Notes: generated by a model from the letters alone, not told the origin. Shown: positions 36,800-50,243, counted from the whole stretch's first letter. The stretch is DNA of 63,000 bases, filler included, from Basidiobolus meristosporus CBS 931.73 (GCA_002104905.1; 3 parts of 3 records of this genome joined end to end with filler, not necessarily neighbours in it), one strand, 5' to 3'. Made by a program: numbers and translations.

Positions 36800-39400
36800 G
36801 GGTATTTCACATATAGAATAAATCAAAAAAAACTATGGCCTCCTGCTTACTAACCTCTACAAATGTGCACACCTGCTGCAATTGACATACTTCTATCACC
36901 TCAACTTTATGGCTTTTTAGTGTGATACTTGCAAAGTTGCCATATACCTTGTACTGCTGATAACATATATATCATTCAAACATATGCTTGGTTGTTGCCA
37001 CTTCTGCCATGAATACCTCCTGAATATCCGTAAAGAACTTCTTGGTATTTAGCCAATATATTCCTTATCCCTGTTGGATTCTAGTCCCCCTATAGGTGCG
37101 CTCTGGCTTTTGTTTGTGTGAATTCCATATTGAATGGTGTAGAAGTTGGCGTAAGATCACAAGAAATCCAGCTTACCTTGGTGGAGTTTTCCTGATAAAA
37201 ATTAGTTGCTTGTTGCACCCAACCTAACTTTGCATTACTCAACTGATTACCCATGCATTGGGGCTGCTTAGCTTCTTAATGCCATAGGCATAGGTGTCTC
37301 CATGTGCACATTTGTCCTCAGTATTTTCCAACTCTTTCTGGCTGCCCTCCATGTGCCAACTCATCACATCCATGAGGGACTTGAAGGTAATATTCTTGAT
37401 GAGATTGGGATATGGTAGTACCTGTGACTTGACTTGTCTTCCTATCTCCCAACACATCTGCTCCATAGGAAACTCCCAAAAGGTGAAGCAAGGCCCAATA
37501 TTCTCCACACACTGTGCAAGATGGAGTAGAGAATGGATACAGTAGCAGCAGAGATCTACACATCCAGCTTTATGTTTGTAGTATAGCCGCTCAAATCCCA
37601 TTACAAACTCCTCACACAACAGCTGTAGATGTGTCAAGTTGTCATTGGTGATCGGCTTCTGGATAAATATTCCTACAATGTCCACATATGACTCCCAATG
37701 CTTCCAATGTACTCCTGGTAGGAGTGGCTTCAGAACACCACTTGAATAAATACATATCCAGTTCATCCAGTCTTGGCATTTGCATTGTTGCATATGCATA
37801 TGAATATTAATTGGAGCCCATGAGAAGTACTTAGGGTAGCAGATACTCTGCAATATCTTGCCAATTCTTTCAAATTTCTCCGGTATCTCAAAGGGCTCAT
37901 TTAGCTTGAAATGCCCCATGTACAACTTGGTCATCAGTATAGGGATATTGTTGAAAATTAAATGCATTGCTCCCAGTGGAAAGATTTTGCTCTAACAGAT
38001 ACCCTCCATCTTAAGTATCTCTGGTTTCTAATTGATTCCATATTCCAGCCAATGGCTTATAGCTTGCCAACTTTGCTGCAATTGCATGTTTACTTCTGTA
38101 TGTTCTCTGTGTGGAAAGATGATGTTCTTAGTGCTGGTGTTTGAGTAATAACAATGTGTGTGAGTTATGGAGTAAATCCCCTGGATCTCACACATTTGAC
38201 AGTAATACCAGCCATTGTCCCCAGAAAAACTTGCTATCTTGCGGATGGCCAGGGTAACTTCAATGCAGATAAAGATATACGCTTTTACATGACAGCCATT
38301 TACCATTATCCCACTGGAAAGTATACAAAATTCATCCAGCAATGGATACAGGTAGTTATCCAGGTTGGACAGTGATTTAGGCCCAGATACCAGCAAGACT
38401 ACCATCAGATTATTGCTTTGATACCATAAGATGGGTGGCAGACTCAGATTGATGAGAATCAGTGGCCAGCAGGATTTGCTGGTAGAGTACTTGTCTAATG
38501 AGAATCCATCAAGTGCTAAAGCAAAGGCATGGTCATACATACCTTCAGAGTAGCCCTTGCTTCTTAGCTGTTTGTAATGTTTGCCATCAAATATATCAAA
38601 TATGTTTGCACTTGATTGGTACTGAGTGCAGTGCTGGATTATATGTTGCCAGCCACATGATGGTTGTCTACTTGTACCATATAAATGGTAAGTTGCATCC
38701 TGGTATGATTTTGGCAAGAAGTAGTAATACATCCTCAAAGTCCACATTACTGATATTAGTGGAAACATGTCACTTCATTAGCCACAACATTACATCATTC
38801 ACCAGTAGATGGATAACTGGGCTCACTTGGCTCCATAAAGTATCCTTGGCATTTGTTTCAACAGGTGTTGTCTCATTGCATATAGGGATTTGACCAGGCT
38901 CATATGTGGTACAGTTGTTAGGGGAGATAGGCTCAAAATCCATCAGTGAACCTTCTTTGTCAGAGCTATCACTCTGCATGCCATAATCAGAAGGCTGAGG
39001 TGAGCCCAAAGGTGTCACAAACTCACCTGACTCAGTTTGCGCAAGGTGACAATGACAGCCTGGTGCCAATATAGAAGTATCAACTGGCCAGCAAGATAAT
39101 GTTGGTACAGTAGTGACCAATCAATGGTCAAATATAACTTGGGTGGCAAAACACTGGCCATGATCTTTGTAATACTTCCTATGCTGTCTGCATACTTCAT
39201 GGCTGAGAGGCTTGTCACAATAGCCACATGGTCTTTTTTCTCTTCTCTTATGGCCTTGAGTCAAAAGAGTGTTGTCCAAGGGGCAAACAGTTTGACCTTC
39301 AATAATGTAATGCTATTATATCACTTCTTGGTCAATACTCATGTGAACTTAAGGCAGTCTTGTATTTGAGACATTACACCTACATGAATGTAAGATTCAA
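36800..39400 (-). pseudogene. CACTA/EnSpm (tnp2/Transposase_21-type) transposase pseudogene; boundaries approximate
   Basis: ORF pieces 38768-38028 (DIFDG...LALDGF...WPLILINLSLPP...GPKSLSNLDNYLYPLLDE) and 37967-37239 (HSLLHLAQCVENIGPCFTFWEFPME...VKSQVLPYPNL) match the fungal CMC-EnSpm transposase pattern. Confidence 0.85.
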
Positions 39401-39501
39401 TGATGACCCGCCACGGTAAGCATTAGAAGTAAAGTTGTGGCACCACATACACATGTATATGTAACACTATCTCCCCATTGGTTTGACTCACTTTTATATA
39501 T

Positions 39502-40317
39502 ATGCCGCCAAAAAATAAAGCAAAGTGGTCTGGTTCCCAACAAAACCCCACTGCTGACAGCAGCAGAAGGATGATTGGACAACAGCTTGCTTTGACATTG
39601 AGTGCAACAAGCAGGGCTACATCCAAAAAAGGCCATGCTATTAGTGTGCCCACTGAAGGTAATAATGCAGACTCCACAGGCTCTCAGTCAAGTAAGCAAT
39701 AAGAATTGAGAACCTCTGCAGAGCAACATGCTGACCATCATGCTCAGGCAGATGAGAATTTAGAAAACGCAGTACCCTCAGTTGAAGACCAGCAAGTAGC
39801 TAACATAACATCACCACAACCCATATTAGCAAGTATGTTGTCAGCTCATACCAAAGCATTAATGAAGCAATCAGGTGCAGTGGCTGATAAGATAGAAGCA
39901 ATGGCTCAGATAAATCAGGAAATAGTCCAGAAACAGGATGAGCAGATAATACATGTAGAGCAATCAATATTGCAGGTAGAGAAAGCAGTATCTTTGCTGC
40001 AAAGAACAAACTCAAGTAGCTCAGTGTTACAGCCAAGAATTGAGTCATTTCCCAATGTAACAGCAGGGGAACATGGTACATTCTTTGAAGCACAACAAGA
40101 GTGCCCAAAGATAAAGCCCACAGAAAAGCCATTCACAGTGTGGGGGGGAGACAATGAGGTGTTTATACCAAAGCCTAAAGATCAAAAGACATTGAAGATT
40201 GGTGAGACTGTTGAGTGCAATAATAAGGAGTGGGCTAATACTCATGCTGCTGTCAAAAGTCTAGCATGCCATCACCTCAAGGCTGGCATACCATGGGCCC
40301 ATCAGAAACTTAAGGCC
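39502..40317 (+). pseudogene. Coiled-coil ORF divergent from the CACTA transposase (probable accessory gene), one stop, cut by copia copy 5
   Basis: ORFs 39502-39702 and 39706-40317 are in the same frame. The sequence after 40317 is LTR-derived. Confidence 0.5.
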
Positions 40318-43300
40318 TGTTGTAAAAATTTGCAATTCCACCTAAATATTCACCTAACTTTGTCACTTAGATCATTACCTTCAAATCCTAAAGAATATGG
40401 ATCAAATCCTTGTTGGGATTTACTTAGAATATTTTCACCAAAATACCAGGTGCCCAGAACATTAAAATTCTCAAAGTTGTCTAAACAGCCCCAAACTTTG
40501 CATACATGCTCTTGGGGCCTTCCATAACCTATTCTATGTGCTTGTAATGCCAACACCATGTAAAAGTATAAATACTACTGTTACAATCAATAAATCATTA
40601 TGTATATACCACATAATCTACTTGTCCTCCCAATCCCTTCTAATATCTCCAAAACTCTTACAACAGGTTATGAGCCCCAAGCTGTCACTCTCTGCAATGT
40701 TCACTACTGCTATTACTGGAATATTTCCCTTTGCTGAAAAGTTGGATGGATCCCACTACCAAGTGTGGAAGGTGAAGATGAAGATGCTTCTACATGAAGG
40801 AGGCCTTTAGGATATTATCATGGGAGAAGAATGCACTCCTAAAAATGTGGGAGAGGAAGCCTTAGAGTACCAGAAGAAAGAACAAAGTGCCTTCAACTGC
40901 ATATGCCTCAATGCTAAAGACAAATTGCTAATTCAAGCACAAGAGCAAAAACAGCAAAGAATACCTAGAAGGCATTAAAAGACACCTACCAGTCATGTTC
41001 AGCTGCTAAGAAAATGTATCTGAGACAGAAACTCTTTACTACAAAAATGCAGCCAGGAAAAGAAATGCAAAATCTAACTAACAGAATTACCCTTACCAAC
41101 TGCTGATGAGGATGTGATGGTTACCATCCTGAATAGCCTGAGAGACAGGTTTCAGGGCCTTGTATCAGCCCTATAGTCCACAACTGCAGATTTGACCTTA
41201 AAATACAAATATGGAAGGCTCCTGGATGAAGAATTGAGAAAATCAGGCACCAGTCAGAAGGAAGATGAAAATGCTTTAATAAGCAATGACAAACAACAAA
41301 AGAGGTACCCAAGAACCTACAAAGGTAACAGCAACCTGTTTAGCAACTACCACAACAGGAAAGGACACATATCAGACCAATGTCTCTAAAAGAGAGATAA
41401 TCAGCAAAAGAAGCCTGAATTTGGAAATACTGAAACAACTGAAGATAGACTAATCAAATCTGCACAAAATATGACCACAAACAAAAATTCTCAGACTTGA
41501 TATATTGACTCTGGAGCATCTCAACACTTTACACACCAAAAAGAACTTTTTACCCAGTATTAAGAAATTCCAATCAAGAAGGTTTTCATTGGTGACAATA
41601 GAACACTTGATGCAGTGGGAGAAGGGACTATCCAAGTAAACCTTAGAAGCTGTGAAGGAAGCCATACACTGACCTTCAAAAAAATACTTTATGTACCAGA
41701 AATAGCCAAGATCCTACTGTCTGTAAGCAAGGCCACTGCAGAAGGACTTGGTTTCTGCTTTGACAATTCTGGATGCAAGATCACTGATAAACTGGTGCCT
41801 GTATTGCATTGAGTATCAGAGATCTGAATCAATACAAGTTGGCTTATATTCCATCATATTTGAGATCCACTATAAGTAACTTCAATGAAGAAACTCCAAT
41901 GCTTTGGCACAGGAGACTTGGACGCATCAATTTTGATTATTTACGCAAAATGATCAAAGATCAGCTAATTTCTGGAGTGAAAAATGATCCCCCAGCTAAT
42001 TTGAAGCACCGTAAAGCCTGCATATGTGGGAAACCAGCTAGGCAACTGCTCAAGAGCTCTGGGCTAATCAAAACTAAGAAAAAATTAGATCTAATTCCCT
42101 CAGATTTGTGTGGGCCTTTGAAAAATTTATCCTTAGGCAGAATGATGTATTTAATCACTTTTATTGATGATTATACAGGATACACATGGGTTTACTTCAT
42201 GAAGAGAAAGGAAGAAGCACTGTCAAACCTCAAGGAGTTCAAAGCCATAGTGGAGAGAGATACTGGTGAAAAAGAAAATATGATTTGACAATGGTGAAGA
42301 ATATACCTCCAAACTCTTCAACCACTTCTGCAAAATTTATGGGATAGAGTAAGAGACTACTGTACCATACTCCCCACAGCAAAATGGAGTAGCAGAATGT
42401 GCTAACACATCAACAATTGATATGGAGAGATCTATGATCCATGATCAAAAATTATCCTATGATATTAGGGTGGAATTAGTTGCCACTGCTGTACACCTTA
42501 AAAATAGGAGTTATACCAGAATGCTTTGTGATTCTACTCCATTTGAAGCAGGGTATGGGTACTGACAAAGTGCAGAGCATCTAAGAATACTTGGTACAGA
42601 ATATGCCAAGAAACTGCCCAGAAATCAGTCACAATTTGAGCTAAAAAGTATAAAATGCTTACTTTTGGGTTACTGCAATGAGAGTAAAGCATATAGATGC
42701 TACAATACCAAAGCAAAGAAGCTAATCAAGTCCAGGGATGTGTTGTTTGATGAAAATTCAAAATCTCACAAAATAGACTTGTTCTGCTGGATAGTGCCAC
42801 ATTGAGCCATGAGTGCCAAATGATGCAATAGTGTGCCAGAGAGGCCAAGTGAGCCTCTGCCTGGCCACAGAGTGTGAAACATAGCTCCGCATCTTCATTC
42901 AAAGCAGCCCCTGTGCTTCACCCATTGTGTTGGAGAAAATCCATTTTTTGACCTTTTTTTTTGGATCAATGTTGTGCAGGATGTGTTAAAGCATAAGCAG
43001 ATTGAAGATATGCAACTGGTACTCAATACCCATGGCACTCTGAATCTAGCTCCTGTAGCTTGTATCATGTCACAAAAATGAATGGCACTATCTTGGTCCA
43101 CTGGTACTATCTGGCACCATAAGTGCTTTGTGTAGATCTTACTTTAAGGCTAGTATTTAAATATAGTGCCAGATAGTACCAGTGGACCAAGATAGTGCCA
43201 TTCATTTTTGTGACATGATACAAGCTACAGGAGCTAGATTCAGAGTGCCATGGGTATTGAGTACCAGATGCATATCTTCAGTTCTCCTGTGCTCTTACAC

Positions 43301-45677
43301 ATCCTGAGCTACATTGATCCACAAAAAAAGGTCAAAAAATGGATTTTCTCCTGCGCAATGGGTGAAACACAGGGGCTGCTTTACATGAAGATGCAGAGCT
43401 ATGTTTCACACTCTGTGGCCAAGTATAGGCTCACTTGACCTCTCTGGCACACTATGGCATCATTTGGCACTCATGGCTCAATGTGGCACTATCCAACAGA
43501 ACAAGTCTAGTATACACTAGATGATGACAAAAATCTGATCTCAAGTCCACCAATTGTCTGGATTGAATCAGAGCAAAACAATGATGATTTTTTTCACTCC
43601 AGAGGACTCTACAACCATGATTCAGCCTGAAGCAGTGCCCAGTAACTTCCCAGAAGTTATCATTCCGGTACTAATGCCCGGAGATCCAATTGGACTAGAA
43701 ATAGACCAAATTACTATATCAATGAGGGTACAAACTTAGCCTATGCTTATTCAGTTCATATTGATGAGCCCCAGACTGTAAAAGAGGCCCAAAAGAGCCC
43801 TCAGACAGAGTTTTAGAGATCTGCAATGACTTAAGAATATCAGGCCCTGATGGAAAATCAAACTTGGGACTTAGTCAAATTACCAATCAACCCATCGTCA
43901 ATTGGATGCAGATGGGTTAATAAGACAAAATACAAGGCTGACAGTTCAATTGAAAGATACAATGCAAGACTTGTGGCTTAAGGATACTCTCAAGCAGAAG
44001 GACTTGACTATACTGAGACCTTTGCACTGGTAGCCGATTTTAATTCCATCAGATTAATATTGGCTATTGCAGCCAAATATAAGTTTTTTATTCCTCAAAT
44101 GGATGTCAAAGCTGCATTTTTGAATGGAGAATCTGATGAGGGTGTGTATTTGGACCAGCCTGATGGGTTTGTTGACCAAGATATCCCCCATTTGGTCTGC
44201 AAGCTTATAAAGTCAATGTATGATCTCAAACAATGACCAAGAGCCTGGAATTTCAAGATAGACTCTGATTTGGAGTCATTGAGCTTCAAAAGGAGTAATT
44301 CTGACTATAGTATATACTATAAGCCAGATAGAGCAAGTCTAGTTCTTTCAGCTCAATATGTGGATGATCTTATTATAGCCACTAATAACCTAGAGGCATT
44401 GGAAGAGACTAAATCCAGCCTATCTAAGGAGTTCAAGATGTCTAATCTGGGAGAACTCAGTTACTACTTAGGGATTACGTTCTCCATAGACAGAAGTACC
44501 CTGACTATCACTCTAAGCCAATTCAGGTATATTCAAGATGCACTAAAGAAGTACCAGATGGAAGACTGTAAGCTGGCAGCTACCCCAATGGAGACAATCC
44601 TTAACTTGGTCAAAACTCAACCAAATCAAGAGAGCTTGGTGCCATCTGAAAGCCCCAACTATGTATATTAATATATGGTTTGCAGACTGATGTATATTAT
44701 GCTTAGAACAGGTACAGATATCACATATTCAGTAGGAGTTGTCAGCCAGCATAATCTGAACTATGGATCTGATCATATTGCAGCAGTTGAGCAAATTTTT
44801 AGATACCTAAAAGGAACTGCTGATATTTGCTTAAGATACACTATAGAGACTCAGAACAGGATCTTGTGGGATAGTCTGATACTGATTGGTGACAAAACTC
44901 AGAAGACAAAAGTTCCACCACAGAATACACCTTTCTTTACTGTCAAGGAGCAATTTCATGGAATTCAAGAGAGCAACCAACTGTAGCACTTTCTACAACA
45001 GAAGCAGAGTATATGGCAGCCTGTGAAGCTACAAAAGCAGCAATGTGGTTAACAAAACTTTTTACAGATTTAGGCCTATGTCAAAAAATGCCTAATACTT
45101 TATTTAAAGATAATCAAGGATTAATACTATTATGTAGAAATTCAGCTTTTCATGCTAGAGCTAAGCACATAGATATTAGACATCATTTTATATGTGAAGC
45201 TATAGGGAATAACTTATTTAGCTTAGTTTACTGTCCTTCAGATGAAATGATTGCAGACATATCTACAAACCATTAGCTAGAGACAAGTTTGAATATCTTA
45301 GGTCAAAATTAGGACTAGTCAGTATCAACACTTAGCTGAGTAGGGGTGTTTTAAAAACTTGTAATTCCACCTAAATGTTCACCTAAGTTAGTCACTTTGA
45401 TCATTACCTTCAAATCCTAGAGAATACTGTCCAAATTTCTTGCTAGGATTTACTTGGAATATTTACCCAAAACATAAAAATTAGATAAGTTGTCCAAACA
45501 GCCCCAAACTTTGCACACATGTTCTTGGGACCTTCTCTAACCTATTCTATGTGTTTGCTATGCCAGGAACATGTAAATGTATAAATACTACTTTTACATT
45601 CAATAAATCATTAAGTGAATACCACATAATCTACTTGTCCCCCAATCACTTCCAATATCTCCAAGACCCTTACAACA
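40318..45677 (+). mobile_element. Ty1/copia copy 5, full-length but decayed (LTRs 40318-40665 and 45347-45677; PPT GAGTAGGGG), carrying a foldback insert
   Basis: All domains gag-PR-IN-RT-RNase H are recognisable (EAEY, RAKHIDIRHHF, ADI). About 4.6 kb once the 736-bp insert is removed. Confidence 0.93.
42774..43509. mobile_element. Foldback/MITE-like palindromic element: 348-bp arms, 40-bp spacer, TA at both ends
   Basis: 42774-43121 is the reverse complement of 43162-43509 with scattered mismatches. It is inserted in the integrase tail of copy 5, and the site is empty in copies 2 and 3. Confidence 0.92.
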
Positions 45678-45803
45678 GAAATAAGCCATCGGATTTTGAG
45701 CCAGTATTCATATACTACAAAGTATCTCAAGAATAGCAAAAGCTACTAATGGCAGAAGAACAAGGGTGCCATGGCATAATAGCCAGTGGCATCTGTAAGT
45801 GCC

Positions 45804-47453
45804 TGTTACAAGTGTGAGTACTATGTGTAGTACCCACTCTCTGCCCAAGAGTTCACCCAGAGTCCTAACCAAAGCTCCCCCAGTATCCTCCCTATGGTTC
45901 CCTCATGCATGCTTACTCTAATTCCTATACAAGCCTGGTTGAGACACTTACCATAGCAGGAAGGTGTTCATACCCCTATTTTATAACACACTGTCAATCA
46001 CCTATGCCCCTCCCAGTGAGATATTTACATCTGATTGAGTCAAGACTGTAAGAAGGGTTTTATTAAATGTAATCAACACAAGTCTCTAGTATCTTACTAC
46101 CTTCTACTGGAAGCTGTTCTCAACCAAGTAGTACTGACTTGACCTACAAGCTCTCCCAACTATTAAGTACAGTCAGTAATTATCCCCAAATTTGGTGCTG
46201 TAACTGTGGAAACAAGCACAATTGAGGTAATGACTACTACAATCAAGCTAAAAGCATATAAAGGGAAGAGAGACAAAGCCATTGAGCAATTTGATAGGTT
46301 TGAGAGCATTGCAGTTGATGCCAGATGGGACAATAATGAGAAAGTAATAGAGTTAGCAAGATATATGGAAGGGTCAGCATGTCAATGACACTATGGGTTG
46401 GAAGATGCAATTAAAGGCAGCTAGGATGCACTGGTAGAAGCCTATAAGACATGCTTTCTATATTCCACAGGATATCACTATGAAGCCCCTCCAGTATTCT
46501 TACAGAAGAAAAGCAGTGAGGGCTACAAAGCTTACACTGAACTACTACTTCAACAAGTGCAATGTCCCCCAAAGGATAAAATGGCCTATCAACAGCTCAT
46601 GAGGCATCACATCATGGGCTTAGAAAACAAAATAAGACTTACAGCATCCAAAGAGCAACAGGTATGTAAAAAACTGCTAGTGTTGGTTGAACAAGTAAGA
46701 GGTGTTATCTTGCTATGGGGGCTATCCTTTGGTGATAGGTGTGAATAAAGAATAGAGATCCCTTTTAAGAAAGAAAACGTTGCCTCCCAAAGACTGGGAG
46801 TCTGTGAGATTACAACAAAAGGTCCAAGACCTCTTGATCAATAATGCCTAAGAAGACCTCAAAGAAAGCAAAAAACTCTGGGAAGCTGCTGTAGAACTAA
46901 AGGCCCAGGTACAAGCCCTGACCCAACAGATGGAACAACCACAACAATGGTATCTGTTTATGATATGTGGAGAAATAGGACACTGGGCTCACAAATGTGA
47001 AAACCAACATGGACAAGAACCTTTACTAGAGACAAAGGAGAAGCAGGTGTCAAAAAACAGAGTCCCTCACCAGAAGGCCAACGGGACTCAATTAATGTAA
47101 GCCCTCCAGTTTGAGCAGTAAAAGTTCAGCAGAAGTGTCAATATGATGCCATAGCACACTGGTCTGGCTGATGAAAACTGAAGACTTCACCAGCTGACTA
47201 GCAAGCTGGACCCTCCAACTGCAGGAACATGACCTGAAAGTAACTCACCACACTGGCAAGAAACACCAGGATGCAGACTTCCTCAGTTGCTATGCTCTTT
47301 GCCAAATATCTGTCAGTGGCAATTACAAGAACATGATCTGCTTCAAAAGAAGGCAGAAGTTCCTGAACATGTTGTTACAAGCTAACAGAACAGAGAATCT
47401 CAAAGGAAATGTTATGTTGTATTACAATTAGTTTGGGGCTTGTTCTACAATGT
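45804..47453 (+). mobile_element. Ty3/gypsy-type LTR retrotransposon remnant (LTR about 45804-46190, PBS, gag)
   Basis: TGTTACA start and PBS-like TGGTGCTGTAACT at 46193. Gag IKLKAYKG...FDRFESIAVDARWDNNEKVIELARYMEGSA and a decayed knuckle CGEIGHWAHKC near 46965. Confidence 0.75.
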
Positions 47454-47553
47454 NNNNNNNNNNNNNNNNNNNNNNNNNNNNNNNNNNNNNNNNNNNNTTA
47501 ATTAATTAANNNNNNNNNNNNNNNNNNNNNNNNNNNNNNNNNNNNNNNNNNNN
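47454..47553. other. Scaffold gap (100 nt with linker)
   Basis: N-run with TTAATTAATTAA. Confidence 0.98.
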
Positions 47554-49344
47554 CTGGATGCAGATGGATCTTTAAGACAAAATACAAGGCTGATGGCACA
47601 ATTGGAAAATATAAGGCAAGACTTGTGGCCAAAGGATACTCCTAAACAAAAGGACTTGACTACAATGAGACCTTTGCACAGGTAGCCAAGTCTAATTCCA
47701 CCAGATTAATATTGGCTATTGCAGCCAAATATAAGTTTTTTATCCATCAAATGGATATGAAAGCTGCATTTTTTGAATGCAGAACTGGATGATAATGTGT
47801 ATATGAGCCAGCCTGATGGGTTTGCTGACCAAGATAATCCTCATTGGGTCTGCAAGCCTAAAGGGTTTCTATTGGTACTTGAGCATTTTGCAAGTGACTG
47901 GAATTGCAAAATAGATTCTTATTTGAAATGCTTGAGTTACCAAAGGAGTAATGCTGACTATAGTATATACTATAAGCCAGATAGAGCAAGTCTAGTTCTA
48001 TTAGCTCTATATGTGGATGATCTTATTATAGCCACCAATAGATCCAAAACACTGGAAGAGACCAAATCCAGCCTATCTAAAGAGTTCAAGATGTCCAATC
48101 TAGGAGAACTCAGTTACAACTTAGGGATATAGCTCTCCATAGACAGAAGTAACAAGACTATCACCCTAGGCCAATCCAAGTATATTCAAGATATACTAAC
48201 AAAGTACCAAATGGAAAACTGTAAACCAGCAGCTACCCCAATGGAAACAAACCTTAACTTGATCAAAACAACCAAATCAAGAGAGTTTGGTGCCATCTGA
48301 AAGCCATGACTTTCCTTATCAATCTATAGTTGGCAGTCTGATGTTATCATGCTTGGAACATGTCCATATATCTTATATTCAGTGGGAGTTGTCAGCCAGC
48401 ACAATCAGAACTATGGATCTGATGATATTGCAGCAGTCAAGTGGATTTTAGATAACCAAAAGGAACTGCTGACATCTGCTTAAGATACACTTATAAGGAT
48501 TCAGAACAGGAACTTGTGGGTTACTTTGATGCTGATTGGGGACAAAATTTGGAAGACAGGAGATCCACTACAGGATACACCTTTCTTCACTGTAAAGGAG
48601 CAATATCATGGATATCAAAAAAGCAACCAAATGTAGCACATTCTACCACAGAGGCAGAGTATATGGCAGCCTGGGAGGCAACAAAAGAAGCAATGTGGCT
48701 AAGGAGGCTTTTTAAAGATTTATGTTTATGTCAAAAACACCTATTACTTTATTTCAAGATAATCAGGGATGTATACAATTAGGTAGAAATCCAGCTTTTC
48801 ATGCTAGAACTAAGCGCATAGATGTTAGACATCATTTCATATGTGAACCTATAAAGAGTAGCTTAGTTAACTTAGCTTATTGTCCTACAGAAGAAAATAC
48901 TGCAGACATGCTTACTAAACCCTTAGCTAGAGATAATTTGAATATCTTAGGTCAAAATTAGGACAAATAAGTATAAACATTTACTTGAGTGGGAGTGTTC
49001 TAAAAATTTGTAACTCCACCTAAATGCTCACCTAACTTAGTTGCTTAGATCATTACCTCCAAATCCTAGAGAATACTGACTAAAATCCTTGCTGGGATTT
49101 ACTTGGAATATTTTCACCAAAAAATCAGGTACCCAGAATATGATAATTCTCACAGTTGTCCAACCGGCCACAACCTTTGCACATATGCTCTTGGGACCTT
49201 CCTAAACCTATTCAGTGTGTTTATTATGCCAAGATCATGTAAAAGTATACATACCACTTTTACATTCAATATATCATTAAGTGAGTTCCACACAATCTAC
49301 TTGTTCTCCCAATCACTTCCAATATCTCCAAGACTCTTACAACA
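47554..49344 (+). mobile_element. Ty1/copia copy 6, 3' half (RT-RNase H, PPT GAGTGGGAG, 3' LTR 48996-49344)
   Basis: LYVDDL, FDADWGQNLEDRRSTTGY, EAEYMA and ADMLTKPL motifs with stops and frameshifts. Confidence 0.93.
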
Positions 49345-49893
49345 GCTTATTGGCCACTGAGCCAATGGGCAGCTCACAGCTTCACAATGCATTTGGACTA
49401 ATCAACCACTGTCATATCACTTAATCAAAAGGATGGTAACCAAAATGATAAGTATCAGTATAATGAGTAGTGTGATAAGCTTTCATGACCATTAACATTA
49501 AAGACAAATATCCAAATACCTGATTGTACCTACCATAATAGTGGTATCCAATTGTGCCTGCAATACAAACTTTACAAGTTGGTCCAATCATCTGTGCCAA
49601 CCTCATTGTATCAGAATGTGCTATAGTGTGCAAGATTGTCCCACATAGTGCCATATTGCCCAAGAGCAATCCTGCCTGCTGGTAGCTATATTATTGCACC
49701 CAATCATTTTTAGAGTTCATGGATTGTGCTGTACACCCTGGCACAGTAGAATGGAACAAGTTCAATATGTGGATGATCTTATTAGAAGCAACTCATAGCC
49801 CAAAAAAGCCCCAAAGTGACTAAATTCAGCCCATATGTGGAGTTTAATATGTCCAATCTGGGTGAGCTCTTTCACTGCTTGAGGATAAGGCTC

Positions 49894-50243
49894 TGTTGTA
49901 AGAGTCTTGGAGATATTGGAAGTGATTGGGAGAACAAGTAGATTATGTGGTTTTCACTTAATGATTTATTGAATGTAAAAGTAGTATTTATACTTTTACA
50001 TGGTCTTGGCATTACAAACACATAGAATAGGTTAAGGAAGGTCCCAAGAACATGTGTGCAAAGTTTGGGGCTGTTTGGACAACTTTGAGAATTTTCATGT
50101 TCTGGGTACCTGGTATTTTGGTGAAAATATTGTAAGTAAATCCCGACAAGGAATTTGGTCAGTATTCTCTAGGATTTGAAGGTGATGATCTAAGTGACTA
50201 AGTTAGGTGAATATTTAGGTGGAAAATACGAATTTTTACAACA
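49894..50243 (-). mobile_element. Solo LTR (350 bp) with perfect 5-bp TSD GGCTC, inserted in an older copia RT fragment (about 49760-50330)
   Basis: GGCTC at 49889-49893 and 50244-50248. The flanks rejoin into decayed YVDDL...SNLGEL...IDR RT sequence. Confidence 0.95.

Noticed and set aside
49380-49750. Non-copia segment with a protein-like frame (possible captured gene fragment)
   Set aside because: Several stops and no motif I can identify; cannot be distinguished from an unknown TE fragment without a search.
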